Origin: the human T2T-CHM13v2.0 reference genome, Homo sapiens
Assembly: GCF_009914755.1 (NCBI RefSeq)
Contig: NC_060932.1
Reading direction: 5' to 3' (one strand)
Length of the DNA: 64,000 nucleotides
In this document: piece after piece, positions 41,906 through 56,165 of the stretch
Layout: the number at the start of each line of letters is the position of its first letter
How positions within the stretch are numbered: the stretch's first letter is position 1
Position numbers and translations under genes: made by a program
Notes under the pieces: generated by a model
What the model was told of the DNA's origin: nothing
The model's database searches: none
Seen by the model: only the letters and a program-made list of their open reading frames with translations

Positions 41906-43190
41906 TATTTTGAAGATCAAATGGCAAAAATACATAAACACTTTGATATAGCTCCTGTGCCAATGGGGAGGGTGCTCTACAAACGTTTGTAGCCTTTATT
42001 ATCTATGTGTTTCTTTCGTACAAAGTGACGGTAAGCCCTAAACATTGTCACTGTTTTTAAGCTCTGTGATAATAGTTTTCTTCTATGTTGTTTCCACATG
42101 AAAGAATAGGAATTTGCATCAACTGACAAGTCCAAGGTCAGAGAGTTGGTTAGCGCTGAAGTTGAAGTCAGGCCTCCTAATAATCACTTCTGTTTCCCAG
42201 CCCACTGTCCTTTGACCAAGGCTATAGGAGAGACATCTATCTATTCCAAAACAAGCCTGTATCCTTCACAAGCTTACCTCAAGCCTCGTTGCAAAGCCAG
42301 TGGTCCAGAAGTGATTAAATGACTGATGGCAGCAGTTCTTAACTCACAGCTTTTATATTTCTATTTCCTTTCAGCTGACTAGTCTGTGCAACCCGATCCC
42401 ACGATTGCAAAGGCAGTGACAATTTTTCTCAAAAGCCATTCCTTGAGAACTTTAAAGCTTTCTGTGCTGAATGACATGGCCATCTTCCGGAAACTTGATA
42501 GCAAGTTTTCTCCATGCACCCATGTGTATTCATTTGTCCCTTTCATATGTAAGATACTTTGAGAGGAGGGAAGGAGATTGTGTTTTTTTGAGAGATTATT
42601 GTTTGCTAGAAAGTACCACAGTATAGAGACATTGTGAAAAGTTCAGTGCCTAATATATAAATGCTGCATTTAGTATGCACTGCTCAGTCTGTTGTCTATC
42701 TATTTAAACAAACATGGTCATCGATAAGTGTATACTAAAGAATGCTCTTGACTATTGCCATCCACATTGACACCTGCAATCAGTGCTGACTCAACCGCTT
42801 GATATGCTCTTGAAGTGGTTAATAATAGGCATGGCATACCATCATTGTCATTCACGGAATAAGATGGTTTAAGCTCTGCATACATTCAGCACATCTACCC
42901 CCACTTACTTACAATGGGTCTGGCATCAGCAACCTTCTGCATCCCTGAATAAACTTCACAGCTGCCTTCAGTGTGTTGTTTTATCCTTTTACACCCCATC
43001 CACCCACCAGTGGTACTGCCCAATAGTGCCTAACCACCACTGAATCTTGCTTTGTCAGTTTCACAAACACACAAAAGACTAAATAAGTGGAAAAGTCTTT
43101 TGAGTGAGGTTTCCTTCCCTTTTGTTTTCTGCACTCTCACTTTTCTTCTTTTATCTCTACCTTCCCTACCTATCTCCACTTTCTGTGATT

Positions 43191-43240
43191 TATTATTATT
43201 ATTACTAGCAGCAGCAGCATTATTATTAGTAGTAGTGGTA
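43191..43240. repeat. Compound trinucleotide microsatellite (TTA)n(GCA)n(TTA)n(GTA)n
   Basis: tattattattattactagcagcagcagcattattattagtagtagtggta. Confidence 0.85.
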
Positions 43241-44352
43241 ACATTGAACTTTGCTCTCTAGTGTTCTTAGCTCTAATCTCAATCTATTACTGTTTGGTTA
43301 TGTAAACTACTACTTTACCTAAACCAGTATATTTTGCTCTTCAAAATAGGAATGATGCTTATCTTAAAAAAAAACAGTTTTGAAGGATAAATAGAAACAT
43401 AAATTCTTATTAGGACAGTTTTTGACACACAGTAATATTTCAATAAAAGGAAGCATTATTATTACTGGTGTCATCATTTTTATCTACAACTCAAGTATTC
43501 TCCGGAGAAACGTTCTTGCAATTCTGAATTCAAGGCAGTTTGAAGCATCACTGAAATATCTTTGCTGACACTGTATTAGGAAACCTGTTGACAACAGATT
43601 TGGAGGTTCAAGATTGAAACATTAAAGAATTAAATTCAAAACAGAAAAAAAAAACTGGCATGATTATGGTGACATATGAATTGTTCCTAAACACAACAAA
43701 ATATATCCTAGAAAAAAAATCTACCAAAATATTTAGAGACTTCACAAGAGAATTGAGTTGAAGGCATTTGTACTACTTCATATTCCTTATTTTTTCTATG
43801 TTAATTTTCTGCAATTTTCATGTATTTTCACTAAATAATGCCATATTATAATTTAAACTAAATTTGATGATGAACGTTACAAAACCAAATAATAAAATAA
43901 GATTCCTACTATCAGGCTATTTTATTTTTCTTTTAATTTTTATTTTCAATTAGTCTGAAAGCTATACATTATTACTTAAGATCACCTGTGCACCTCTCTT
44001 TTGTCTGTCCCCAGCAAGAAACCTAAAGACCAAAAAATTTAATTTTAAATCTCATTTGAGAGCTTATCCTCTGTCTGACCTTGGGCATGTCACTGCCATC
44101 ACCTATAAAGCTGCAGGTGTTCTTCAGGTGACATCTTGTCACCAAATGAACCAACCAAATAGACAAAAGCAAAAAGTATTTCTTAGAATCATATCATTAG
44201 GGCTAACACATTTCTTGCAGCTCTCTCTATGAGTAATCAAATGGAAGCAAAAGCTGAGACTTTTTTTGATTAATTCAATATAGTAGAAGAAAACCTTGCT
44301 ACACACTCCTGAGTTTCTAAACTATAACACTCTCTGACATATATAGACACCA

Positions 44353-45931
44353 TTTTAAATTCCGGGGTACATGTGCAGAATGTGCAGGTTTGTTACATAG
44401 GTAAACATGTACTATGGTGGTTTGTTGCACCTATTAACCCATCACCTAGCTATTAAGCCCAACAGGCTTTCACTATTTTTTTAAGCCCTCCCTCCCTCCA
44501 CACCACCCCCTTGAAAGGCCCCAGTGTGTGCTGTTCCCCTCCCTGTCTCCATGAGTACCCATTTTTCAGCTCCCACTTGTAAGTGAAAACATGCAGTGTT
44601 TGGTTTTCTGTGTCTGTGTTAGTTTGCCAAGGATAACACTTCCAGCTCCATCCATGTCCCTGAAAATCACATGATCTCATTCCTTTTTATGGCTGCATAG
44701 TATTCCATTGTGTATATGCACCACATTTTCTTTATCCAGTCTGTCACTGATGGGCATTTGGGTTGAATCCATTTCTTTGCTATTGTGAATAGTGCTGCAA
44801 TGAACACATTTGTGCATGTATCTTTATAATAAAATGATTTCTATTCCTTTGGGTATGTACCCAATAATGGGATTACTGCATCAAATGGAATTTCTGGTTC
44901 TAGATCTTTGAGGAATTGCCACACTGTCTTCCACAATAATTGAACTAATTTGCATTCCCACCAAAAGTGTAAAAGCATTCCTGTTTCTCCACAACCTCGC
45001 CAGCATCTTTTGTTCCTTGGCCTTATAATAATCACCATTCTGACTGGCATGAAATGGTGTCTCATTTTGGTTTTGATTTGCATTTCTCTAATGATCAGTG
45101 ATGTTGAGCTTTATTTCATGTTTGTAGGCTGCATAAATATCTTCTTTTGAGAAATGTCTGTTGATGTCCTTTGCCCACTTTGTAATGGGGTTGTTTGTTT
45201 GTTATTTCTTATAAATTTAAATTTTTTTAGACTCTGGATATTACACTTTTGTCAGATAAATAGATCACAAAATTTTTCTCCCATTCTGTAGGTTGTCTGT
45301 TCACTCGAATGATAGTTTATTTTTCTGGGCAGAAGCTTGATAGTTTAATTAGATTCCATTTGTCAATTTTTGCTTTTGTTGCCATTGCTTTTGATGTTTT
45401 CATCATGAAATCTTTACCCATATCTACTTCCTGAATCATATTGCCTAGATTTTCTTCTAGGGTTTTTATAGTTTTGGTTTTTACATTTAAGTCCTTAATT
45501 CATCTTGAGTCAATTTTTGTATAAGGTGCAGGGAAGGGGTACAGTTTTAACTATCTGCATATGGCTAGCCAGTTATCCCAGCACCATTTATTAAATAGAG
45601 AATACTTTCCCCATTGCTTGTTTTTGTCCAGTTTGTCAAAGATCAGATGGTTGTAGATGTGTGGTCTTATTTCTGAGTTCTCTATTCTGTTCTGTTGGTC
45701 TATGTGTCTGTTTTTGTACCAGTACCATGCTGTTTTGGTTACTGTAGCCCTGTAGTATAATTTGAAGTTGGGTAGCATGATGCTTCCAGCTTTGTTTTTT
45801 TTGCTTGGATTTGTCTTTGCTATATGGGCTTTTGTTGGTTCCCAATGAATTTTAAAATAATTTTTTTTTTCTAATTCTGTGAAGAATGTCAATGGTGTTT
45901 CAATGGGAATAGCATTGAATCTACAAATTAC
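44353..45931 (-). mobile_element. 5'-truncated L1PA8/10-like LINE-1 without poly(A) tail
   Basis: ggggtacatgtgcagaatgtgcaggtttgttacataggtaaac; ORF2 peptide [22 protein letters not shown]. Confidence 0.93.
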
Positions 45932-45999
45932 CTTACAAATAACTTACAAATAACATATATATTATATATTAGAGCTAAGGTAAAAACTAATGCAAGCAA

Positions 46000-46385
46000 G
46001 AGGAAGGGGAGATTTTAAATGGAAAGGCTAGCGAATGTCTCACTTTGGAGGCAACCCATGAGTAAAGATGAGAATTGCGTGAGAAAGTAAACAGCCAGGA
46101 GCTCAGAGGAAGAACATGCCAGCCACCTTTGTGATTGGCAGGGGAAAAGATGCTGAGACAACAAAAATGGTGTTCTGCTGGAGCAGAGTAAACCAGGGAA
46201 GGAGAAATGGGTGTCAAGTTGAGAGGCAGCAGAAAGCCTGATGATGTATGGCCTTGGATGCTTTGAAACCATTTTGACATTTTTTAAATATAAAGGAAAT
46301 GAAAAATCACTCCAGGGTTTTAGCGAAGGGATGGCATGATGTGCTTCTTATTTTAAAGGCTGACTCTGGCTTCTTGTGAAATCAT
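46000..46385 (-). mobile_element. L2 fragment
   Basis: ggaagaacatgccag...ctggagcagagta...cagggttttagcgaagggatggcatgatgtg. Confidence 0.65.
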
Positions 46386-46979
46386 GAAGTTTATCGTCAC
46401 TATGACTCAATAAATATAAAACCATGAACAAAATTATATAAGGATAAGAACAATTACAAAGTTTATTTCAAAGCAAAATAAAGTAGATTAGATTTACCAA
46501 TTGTAACATGTATGGTTTTATGATTTTTATTGCATTTGACCACATATTTAATCACATATTTAATACACATTATACAATTGGAAAATAGTTTATAAGCTAC
46601 ATCTAAATATCTTATTTTATTGCAATGATATAATTCATTTACATTTATTGTTATAACACATATTTGATCATTTAGATCTGTACCTTTTGTGTTTTTACAC
46701 TTACTTTAATGGATACTTGTTTTACATCTTTAACACATGAAAAATGCTTAATTGACTACTTTTATGTTCAATTTCTTTAAAGAGCACACATTATACGAAC
46801 CATTTCATATTCTTCCAAAGTAGGATGTAAAATGAAAACTATAATCTTTTCTGTTTTCTTAATTGCTTATTTTTGGCTTAAAATGTAAATAGATTATATT
46901 TTAATATAGTAGGAACATCTTAAACATGTACAAATATGTTTATAAAAATAACATCTTTATAAATAATTTTATATTTACA

Positions 46980-47180
46980 ACCACAGGCTTTGGAATCACA
47001 TATAACACAGTGTGAATTCTTGATTTCCTATTTATTAGCTCTCTATCTTAGATATTTTTCTTAATCTCTCTAAGCTTTGGTATTAAGTGTATAATGAAGA
47101 AATAATATTCTTATTTTAGGATTGTTTTATTTATTATATTTGGTGAAATTCCTGTAGTATCCCTTAAAAGTGCAGGTAGT
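46980..47180 (+). mobile_element. MIR SINE
   Basis: acaggctttggaatcaca...ttcttaatctctctaagctttgg. Confidence 0.65.
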
Positions 47181-47571
47181 AAAATTATCATCTAATCAGA
47201 TTTATTCAAAAAAACAAAAATATTTAGGCCTAGCTCTACACTTTTAACAAAACTTTTAGTATAAAGTTTCAGGTTTGCAGCATGATCTGTACTGGAGAGC
47301 TGTTATACAACATTATGCCTGAGATTCACTTTTTCTAATTTCTTTATGTTGTTTTATTTTTGAACTGGAGAAATCAATTTTGTTTTTGTTTTTCCCCCTC
47401 CGCAAAATCAGTACACTAAAAGTAAAAATGATGAACTTTTGCATATTTGAATATATGTTTTAATTATCTTACATCTGAGTGGCAATATGAAATCATAAAG
47501 TATTTTATCAACTCAGAAGCATTCCCTTACAAATGCAAAATTCTGAATGCTTTCAGAATTTAGTTTTATTG

Positions 47572-47859
47572 GGCTGAGTGTGGTGGCTCATGCCTGTATT
47601 CCCAGCACTTTGGGAGATTGAAGCAGGTGGATAACCTGAGGTCAGGAGCTTGAGACCAGTCTGGCCAACATGGCGAAACCCCATGTCTACTAAAAATACA
47701 GAAATTTGCCGGGCATGGTGGCAGGCACCTGTAATCCCAGCTACTCAGGAGGGAGGCTGAGGCAGGAGAATTGCTTTAACTCTGGCAGTGGAGGTTGCAG
47801 TGAGCTGAGATGACACCACTGCATGCCTATCTGGGTAACAGAGCAAGACTCTGCCTTAA

Positions 47860-47898
<39 letters not shown>

Positions 47899-47920
47899 GT
47901 AAATAAATAAATTTTAAAAA
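47572..47920 (+). mobile_element. AluS with (AAAT)n tail
   Basis: ggctgagtgtggtggctcatgcctgtattcccagc...; TSD tagttttattg (47561-47571, 47921-47931). Confidence 0.96.
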
Positions 47921-48864
47921 TAGTTTTATTGAATAGACTGGAGTCAGATTTCTATTTGCTAACAAAGTTTATTTTTATTTATATGTGTAATGGTTAAGCT
48001 GCCAGTTTTGTTTGTATCTATATTCCCTATAATAAATGTCACCAGGATGTATTGTGTGTTTTCATCAATAGACTGAGACATTTTGTCTGTTAGTTTTCTC
48101 GGTAATTATATCCTGTATCCCTCGGCTCTGAAACTTTCCAATGCTTCTTTAGGGTTATCTATGTGTTTTAAAGCAGTAAATCTCACACCTCAATTAAGCT
48201 CATCATTATTAGTTGAATAATACATCAGTTATTAACATAATCATTAAGAAGAGTTAGCAAGTCAAAAAACGAGAGTTTTTTTATTAAAAGAACTAGAGAT
48301 AAAACCAAAAAATAAGTTTAAATGAGTACATTTAAAATTTTATAACCACAGTGTGGTTAAAAGAATTAAAATAGTTCATACACGTTACTGCAGTGCCAAA
48401 GAGTAAGCGCTCAATAAATGTTAATTTCTCTAGAACAAAAGGAATAAAAGAAACAAAAATATCTACTACCACAACCACCAGACCCATATCACTATAGGCA
48501 ATATTTATTTGGATATCTGAATGCATATGAAGAATGATTGGCTCAGCATTGCTTTGTGATCCCATTTTCTTTGCTTGTGTTCAATTTTCTCCTGGTTTAT
48601 GTTAATCTTCAATGTTCTTATTACCTAAAGACTCCTGCTTTTATTTTCCAGGTTTTAAGTATTCATTATTTCATCTTCAGGATTTGCCTTTACCCAGTGA
48701 AAATTCAATCCTAGAATTCTGGCTTCGAGCCCACGTCTTAACTGCTAGGATATAGTATTATAATTAAATACTAGTTAACATAGACAAGGATTACTAAATT
48801 CTCATGTTTGTAGTTGCCAGCGTGTTAAACAGTTAAAATTAGTTAAGTGGAAGAAGTGATAAAT

Positions 48865-49138
48865 CAAATATCATTTGATTCCATTTATATGAAATATCTA
48901 GAACAGCAAAACATAGAGATGAAAAGATTAGTGGTTGTCCAAGGCTGGGGGTATGGGGTGGAGTGGTATAAGGGGGTGATGGTTAAGGAATATGGGGTTG
49001 CTTTTTGGAATAATGAAAATGTTCTATAATTGTTTGTGATCATAGAAACACAACTGTGAATATTCTAAGAGCCATTGACTCACACACTCCGAAAGGGTAA
49101 TGTGTATGGTATGTGAATTAGAGCCAAATAAAGCTGTT
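48865..49138 (+). mobile_element. L1MB-type 3' end
   Basis: tgattccatttatatgaaatatctagaacag...agattagtggttgtccaagg...gtatgtgaatta...aataaagctgtt. Confidence 0.85.
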
Positions 49139-49619
49139 CACATTTGTGCACAGCATTTGAAGCAAAAATTATATATACACATTACAGAATTTTAGAGAGA
49201 AAAAATTCCAGTAATCTTATAAAAGCTTGAAACTAACAAATTATAAGTAAAATTATCATTAAAATTAAATAATAAGGCAAAAAGTCTAGTATATATTTAA
49301 TTTCAGTAACTCAAAACAGATTAAATTCCCTTGTTAAAACTCGAAATTTTCAGAAAAGCTTTAAAAAATCTAGCTATATTTTATTTGACATAGATATTAA
49401 CAAAAAAACTTCACAAGACATTTGAATAGATGAAGAAATATTCTAGACAAATATTAAGCTAAATAAATTAACTATAACAATGGTATTATTATACTAATAT
49501 AAATGAATACAGAAAGTATTAAGACAAGTCTATTATTTAATGATAAGTGGAAAAATCCATCCAGAGTATGTAATAGCTGCAAACTTTTATGCACTTCATT
49601 TTTTCTTGGGAAAGACAAA

Positions 49620-50320
49620 AAATAAATCAAAGTAATAAAATCAGGATAATAATTCTGATCAGATACTTATCATCATTATAATGAGATCCTAACCCCTAAA
49701 CATTCCAGGAGAAAACAGTGGGATTGGTGAGCTTGAGGGACTTTATATAGTGTGTACTTGGAAGGCCTCTGATGAACTGCAATTAAGCTGAGATCCTAAA
49801 GAAATGTTGGGAGGGAACATAGCGATATCTAGTTCATAAACATTGGAACAAGTGCCCTGAGGAAGAAAAGAGCTGCTATGTTAAAGAGTGAAAGATAAGG
49901 TCGGTGTGGCTAGAGAAGAAGACATAATAAGGGGATCGATGAGACACGTGGTCAGAGCCAAGAGCAGGTCATGAAGGGCATTGTAGGCAAACAGTGTAAG
50001 AAATTTGAATATCATGCTATTTTCTGTGGTAAGTCATGAGAGCATGTTAAGTAGGATTTTAAGTATGCCATGATTAACTTGGAGTTCAGAAAAATCATAG
50101 TGGTTTACAAATATCGCGGATTGCAGGAGTAGTTTTAGCACAAGGATTTGGAGACAAATGCAAGAGATAACAGTGGCAGCCCTTCGGGATGGTTGCTAGG
50201 TAGGGAGATAATGGTAGGAGGCGGGATTCAGCACATACTGTGAAGATAGTGTCTATGGAATTTATTGATGTTTTGGTCATGACAAAGAGAGAAGTCAGAG
50301 GAGATTTTTCAGCCAATGTA
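49620..50320 (-). mobile_element. L2 fragment
   Basis: ggaaggcctctgatgaactgcaattaagctgagatcctaaag...ggtcggtgtggctagag...gaatttattgatgttttgg. Confidence 0.75.
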
Positions 50321-53300
50321 CTGTGTTCGGTCTCTGTCATGGGTATTGGGTGCTGATGAGAATTCCTCACTTGGCTCTGCAGAAGAGCACACTGAGCCTT
50401 GTCTTTTGCTTGAACTCCATGCATATCAAGCTTGTGTCCAGGGTCGCCCTGCTTAACATGGCATGGACTGCCAACTTCACTCTCTCATTTCTTTTCAATA
50501 TCAGTCAACAGGAATATATGTAGACATACAGTTATTCTTGCCTGGTCTTCATCTGCTATGGTTTTCCTTTGGGAATCCTCCTCCCTAGAGAAGCAATGCA
50601 GCATCACGGATCTACACAGTCCTAGGCTTCGGGTCCTTATTGTAAAGTCCTCGTTTAATGAGAGAGCAATCCTGTAGGTTAATGAAGAGCATCGGCTATC
50701 TCTTAGAGGTAGACCGTGAGAAACAAGAAACTCCTCTGTTTACTGTGATATGAATCCTATGACTTTAGGGTATTGTAAGAGACTGAGGAAAGTGTTTACC
50801 TACCTTCCTCTAGTGTTACAGATTATTTCTATGCAGATATAAGATATGGTTACATACATGCATTTAATTATCCTTGATTCTGGCCATCAGTATTCTGTGC
50901 ATTTCCTTTCATTTTTTAATGAAATATGCTTTCATTTTTAATCTCATGCATGTATTATATTGAGAAAATGAGAAATACTGAGTCAAAATCGGCACTGAGG
51001 TTTCTGTGGGAAAAAAAATCACACACACAGAAAAAGTTGATATTCAAAAAGTGGTATTCAACAATGAGCCTTATGTAGCATCTAAAATAAAGGCTGGCCT
51101 GATACAAAACAAACACAAAAAATAATTATTTGTTTCAATAAATGGTTTGGAGTCTGCTAAAATTATTATCTGCATTCATTATGAATCAACATACTAGCCA
51201 AATTTGGAAAGGACAACGAAGTTTAAAATACATTGCATTTCTTGATTTTTAATTAAAAATAATTATTCATTCGGTGCAGAGACAGACAAATACACAACCT
51301 ATTTTTAATTAAGACCAACTCAAATGCATTTTTGTAAAAGTGGACTGGCTTTGGAAAAAGGACTGAATTTTAAATAGACAAACTAAATGAAACAGACTAT
51401 TACTCTTCTGGTGATAAAATATAAAGTTTACTATAAGGAAACACATTTTTAAAAATATGTTTTTTTAGACTTCCATGGATATTTTGATTTGTAAATACTC
51501 TTTCCACAAGGAATATCTGATATTTGATATCTTGCTAGATTTTATGTTTTATTTGATGCAATCTTCTCTGTATCTTATCAGATTCTTACAACAATCTTGT
51601 GAATTACGTTAGAAATTCTATTTGTCTTCTTTAATGTAAAACTGATTGGTCCAAAGTTAACATAGCATGTGAGTGGCAGAGCCAGGATATTAATACTGTA
51701 ACCCTGTTGGTTTCCCCCCCCTCTAATTTCTTTACACTTGGCATGATACAATAGCATAGGATGTACTCTGGATTTTTCAGGACATTGCCACTGTTCCCAC
51801 TTGAATTATTCAATCATATGCATACTTGAAGTCACATTTTAAGTTGGAAACTGTGGTAATTATAATAAACTATTAACTCCATGGTTTTTTCAAAATCATA
51901 AATAACTACAAAGTTTCCTGCAATATTGAGCAATCAAAGATAGAGGGAACTCCGTTCTAAAACAAGAAAAATAGGGGAACTTATAAACAAATGTCATCCA
52001 TCTTAGTTGATCATTGGCTTCTCATGTTTTACTTGGAGAAATGTTCTCTCTACATAATTCCTCAGAAAAGACTAAAATTTAACGTACCAGCAACTGGATG
52101 AGATAAGCTGTAAGCTTTGAGTAATCACCCTGTCGCCTAGCTCCTCGATTCTAGAAGGCTGGAAATATTAACAAAAATTTGATTTACACATCAAAGTTCT
52201 TGTTTGAAATAGTTTAATATTTCATTCTATTAATTCAAAAATATTAATATTTATAATAATCTGCTTTATCTTGAAATCCAGTACATTGTGTTCCAAGGAC
52301 ATTATAATTTGTATTTTAACATGCTCTGTGAAGGACACAGATTAAATTCCTGATGTGTGGCATTAAACATTATAAAAGTGGCCTATATTTCTGCGAAAGA
52401 AGAATCCTCAGTTACGATTTTATTAAAAGAATAGAAATTTACAAATGCAAATCTAATATCTGGAAAGACATGGAGTAAATGCATAGGATGTGGCTCCAAG
52501 TGAGCATTAGGTATAAAAACAGGCCACCTTTTGAACCTGTGCATGAAAAGCAAGGACTCTTACTGCTCATCCATTCTGTGGAGGGGAAGAGGAGGCCTAG
52601 TAATTGAGAGTGTAAGACCTCATGAGGCTTTGCAAAGTGGGGAGCCATTAGGAACAATGACTTGACATCAGTCTCTTGCTCTTTGTGACAATAACTCTCT
52701 GAATATCTCCACCAGGTCATCCCAGAATACTTACACTTCAGTATCTGTTTGGTTTCCTCCACTTACTTCTCTTGGAGATTCTCAGTATAGACAAAAAGTA
52801 TTTGTCCATTTTTTAGGAGCTCAAAAGATATTTTTTGAATGTATGGCATCTGAGTGAGCAGATCAAACGTGCTAAGATCTTTTTAAGAGTAAAACTACTT
52901 TAAATATCCATTTCATCTCTATCACTGAATAGTAATCGAGAACACTATGAATTTAACCTTTCTGCACCTCAGTTTTCTCACCTGCCATGATTAAGGTAAT
53001 AATAACTCACTCAGGGACTTATTCTAATTTTGAAAACATTGTCATTTACAAAAGTCCCTAGATCAGTGCCTGGAATATGTAAGATACACAATATGTATGA
53101 ATTTCTCTTTTTCTTTCAAAGGACTACTGGAGCCAGTCCAGGCTCTGAGGGTATGAGGGTGGCAGAGAGAGTGAACCCAAAAAGTGAGGAGGAGATGGTG
53201 AAGCAAGCTCTGAGGGCAACTTGACTGCCTGCAGTTAAACCTGCAGTGTCTCTAGGCAGGAACTGATTGTGCCACGGCGAATCAGTGAAGAAGCTGTTTG

Positions 53301-54240
53301 AGTAAGAAAAATCTTGGGTTATAAAACTCAAACTTGAAAATCAGAGAATGCCAATTAACCCCTGGACTTCTGGTGATCATGGTCTATGGTAAATAATGTT
53401 ATTAAACAAGACTGGAATAGCGTATTGATTTCACATTTTGAGAGGCCTTGGATGAATTATACAATTGTTTAATTTTATGTGGTCAATAATAGGGAACTGA
53501 TGATATTTCTAAAAAGCACTGTGAAACAACTTGATAATGCAAAGGTTGATTTCATTTCAGTGTGGAAGTGATAAATTAGGGGTTGGAAAGATTAGAGTCA
53601 GGGAGGCCAATGATGACAATTGTTTAAAAAGATCAATCTCCCTACAAAATAACCTCTTCCTGAAATCACATCCCTGTCTAATATATGCAACACAAATCTC
53701 TTTTCTCTTGAACATAGTTTTGATTTGTAATTTAGATTAACTTGGAAAAAACATTGTGAACCCAACTAGTGACTGTATATTGCATGTCACTTCCTTGAGG
53801 ATTTTCTTTATCTTTAAAAAAAAATTTCCCAGAATAGCTACCATATCTTGCAGTTATTCAAGTTATTTTTTCCTGATAACTTTTATCTTCCTTTGCCTAT
53901 TGAGCTCATTTTATTTAATAAGTTATTGTTTGAAGTGTTATTTATTGAGCACTTCCCAAGTGGTAAGTACACTACTAAACATTTTGCATACATTACCACA
54001 TTTAATCCTCACAACAAATCTCTGGGTACTGCTTCCCTGTTGGAGACAAGGATGCCAATACTGAAATGTTTAGTTAACTTAGCCAAGGTCAAAGAGATTC
54101 TACAAGCCATTGGCTAAAGGGTAAAACTCATATTCTGTGGAGAACAAAAATCTGTAGTATCTTCCTTCTTGAAGCCTGGCCTAACTCAGAAAAATAAAGA
54201 AAATTACCTTTGAAATCAGAAAGATTCAAGTTTGAATATG

Positions 54241-54294
<54 letters not shown>
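54241..54294. repeat. (TC)n(AC)n compound microsatellite within a MIR
   Basis: tgcgctctctctc...cacacacacacag. Confidence 0.93.
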
Positions 54295-54295
<1 letters not shown>

Positions 54296-54766
54296 TTTCT
54301 ATCTATAAGATCATTTACCTAAACTATTGGCGCCCTTATTAGTAAAATGAAACGAATAGTATCTGCCTAAGAAAGCTCAGGTTGAACTTGACCTAAAATA
54401 GCATTTGTAGAACAACCAGCTGGATTGTTCAAAAATGGCAAGTTCCCTTCTCAGCTCTATACCTCCTTTTGCGCAAAATCCATCGTATTTTAGTGATTAG
54501 TTAACACTTCTTCTCTGGTCTGGTCAACTGTTCATACCGAGATGGCAAGAAAGTTTTCCCATTAATCCTTGTGTTCCCAGTCCTAATTCAATGCCTGGAA
54601 TTTAGGAGCTTGGCAGTCATTTAATGAACCCTTAAGTAAGTAGGCAAAGGCATAAATCACTTCTCTTCAATCACTTCTCCTAAGTCACTTCTGCTTCAAT
54701 CACTTCTCCTAAAGTCTGTTGGAAATAATAAGGCATCCAGTGTAGAAGTTTACAGAAGAGCCCTAA

Positions 54767-54791
54767 TGTGTGTGTGTGTGTGTGTGTGTGT
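54767..54791. repeat. (TG)n microsatellite
   Basis: tgtgtgtgtgtgtgtgtgtgtgtgt. Confidence 0.95.
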
Positions 54792-56020
54792 ATGCACATG
54801 GGTGTGGCAAAGAGACCATGGGGAAACTATCTCCAGCCATGCTCTAATGTGATGCATAAACCAAATTAAAGAAAATGTAAATAGAAATTAGACCTGTGGA
54901 AAACAGAAAGAATGGAATATGATAACCAAGAGGACTAGTGAAGCACCAAATTAGTCTCTACACCTCCTGGTTACCGTGGCAAAGAGTAAAACACAGTAAG
55001 CAACGTAATTCTGATTAGCAGGAAGAAAGACGCCTACTTAAATTTTTCCTGGCATCTAATTATAAAAACATGTGATAAAAGGGGCTGTCAGAGGTTGAGC
55101 TCAGAGGAACATAACCTGTAGAGAAGTAAAGGCTCAGAGCATCACAGAACATCTGTGAGAACCACTGTATACCAAGTGCAGCCCTCTCTAATCCCCACAT
55201 TAAACTTGTTTCTGGCACATGAAACATTTACCACATCCACCTCTTACTCACATGCACTTTCTATGGCATGGGATCCACTTAGATATTTTTTCCTTTCCTG
55301 TATTAACTTGGCAAGGGATTCGACCATGCCTGACCAGTGCTTCCAACTCAAATACCTAGCATTCCTGCCCTGCTCAGATTCTCTTAGTCCTTCTCTCGCC
55401 TGACTCAAGCACCTGGCTTCCTTCTTCTACCAGGAGAGTCTTCTCACATTTCCTGTTCGTAGACTGAAAATACTTGCTGGGTTTATTTGTTCCTATAGGT
55501 GCATCCTCTGCAAGACTGAAGATAGTGAGACAAAACCCTCATCCTCATATTCAGCTCTATGTACCCAAAACTCAACATAGTGCCTGTCACAGAGCAGGTG
55601 CTCAGGAAATGTAGAGAATGTTAAACTGGGGAGTGTCATCTTGTTAAATGGCTGAAATAGTGCAGGACCTCATAAAGGAGACATAGTACTATCTAATGGA
55701 CAATATACTTCAGAATGAGTCATGATTTCGCTATCAAAGGATGAATGTAAACTTAGACTTCAACGAGCACATTAGTCCCAGTTCAAAAAAGGAAATTGCT
55801 CTGCTTCATGCTGCTAAAGAATAAACTTCAGTTCCTTAGCCCTGCAGTTAAATCCCTGCATGAGAATATTAATTTAAAGCCATGATCTCAATGGTATCCA
55901 TATTTTAAGAATCACACTCCCGTATCCATAAAAGAATAGTTGGGCATGGATCACTAATATATGTATAACTATTTAATATTTACATACCAGAATCACCTTA
56001 TTAATGTAGTTCCTGTGCCT

Positions 56021-56165
56021 TAATATGTTTTGTACCTAAAACATATTAATATGTTTTGTACCTAAAACATATTAATATGTTTTGTACCTAAAACATATTA
56101 ATATGTTTTGTACCTAAAACATATTAATATGTTTTGTACCTAAAACATATTAATATGTTTTGTAC
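56021..56165. repeat. Perfect 26-bp tandem repeat, 5.6 copies, quasi-palindromic
   Basis: Unit taatatgttttgtacctaaaacatat at 56021, 56047, 56073, 56099, 56125, partial at 56151. Confidence 0.97.

Noticed and set aside
56021-56165. Palindromic repeat array superficially CRISPR-like
   Set aside because: No unique spacers, eukaryotic context, no cas genes
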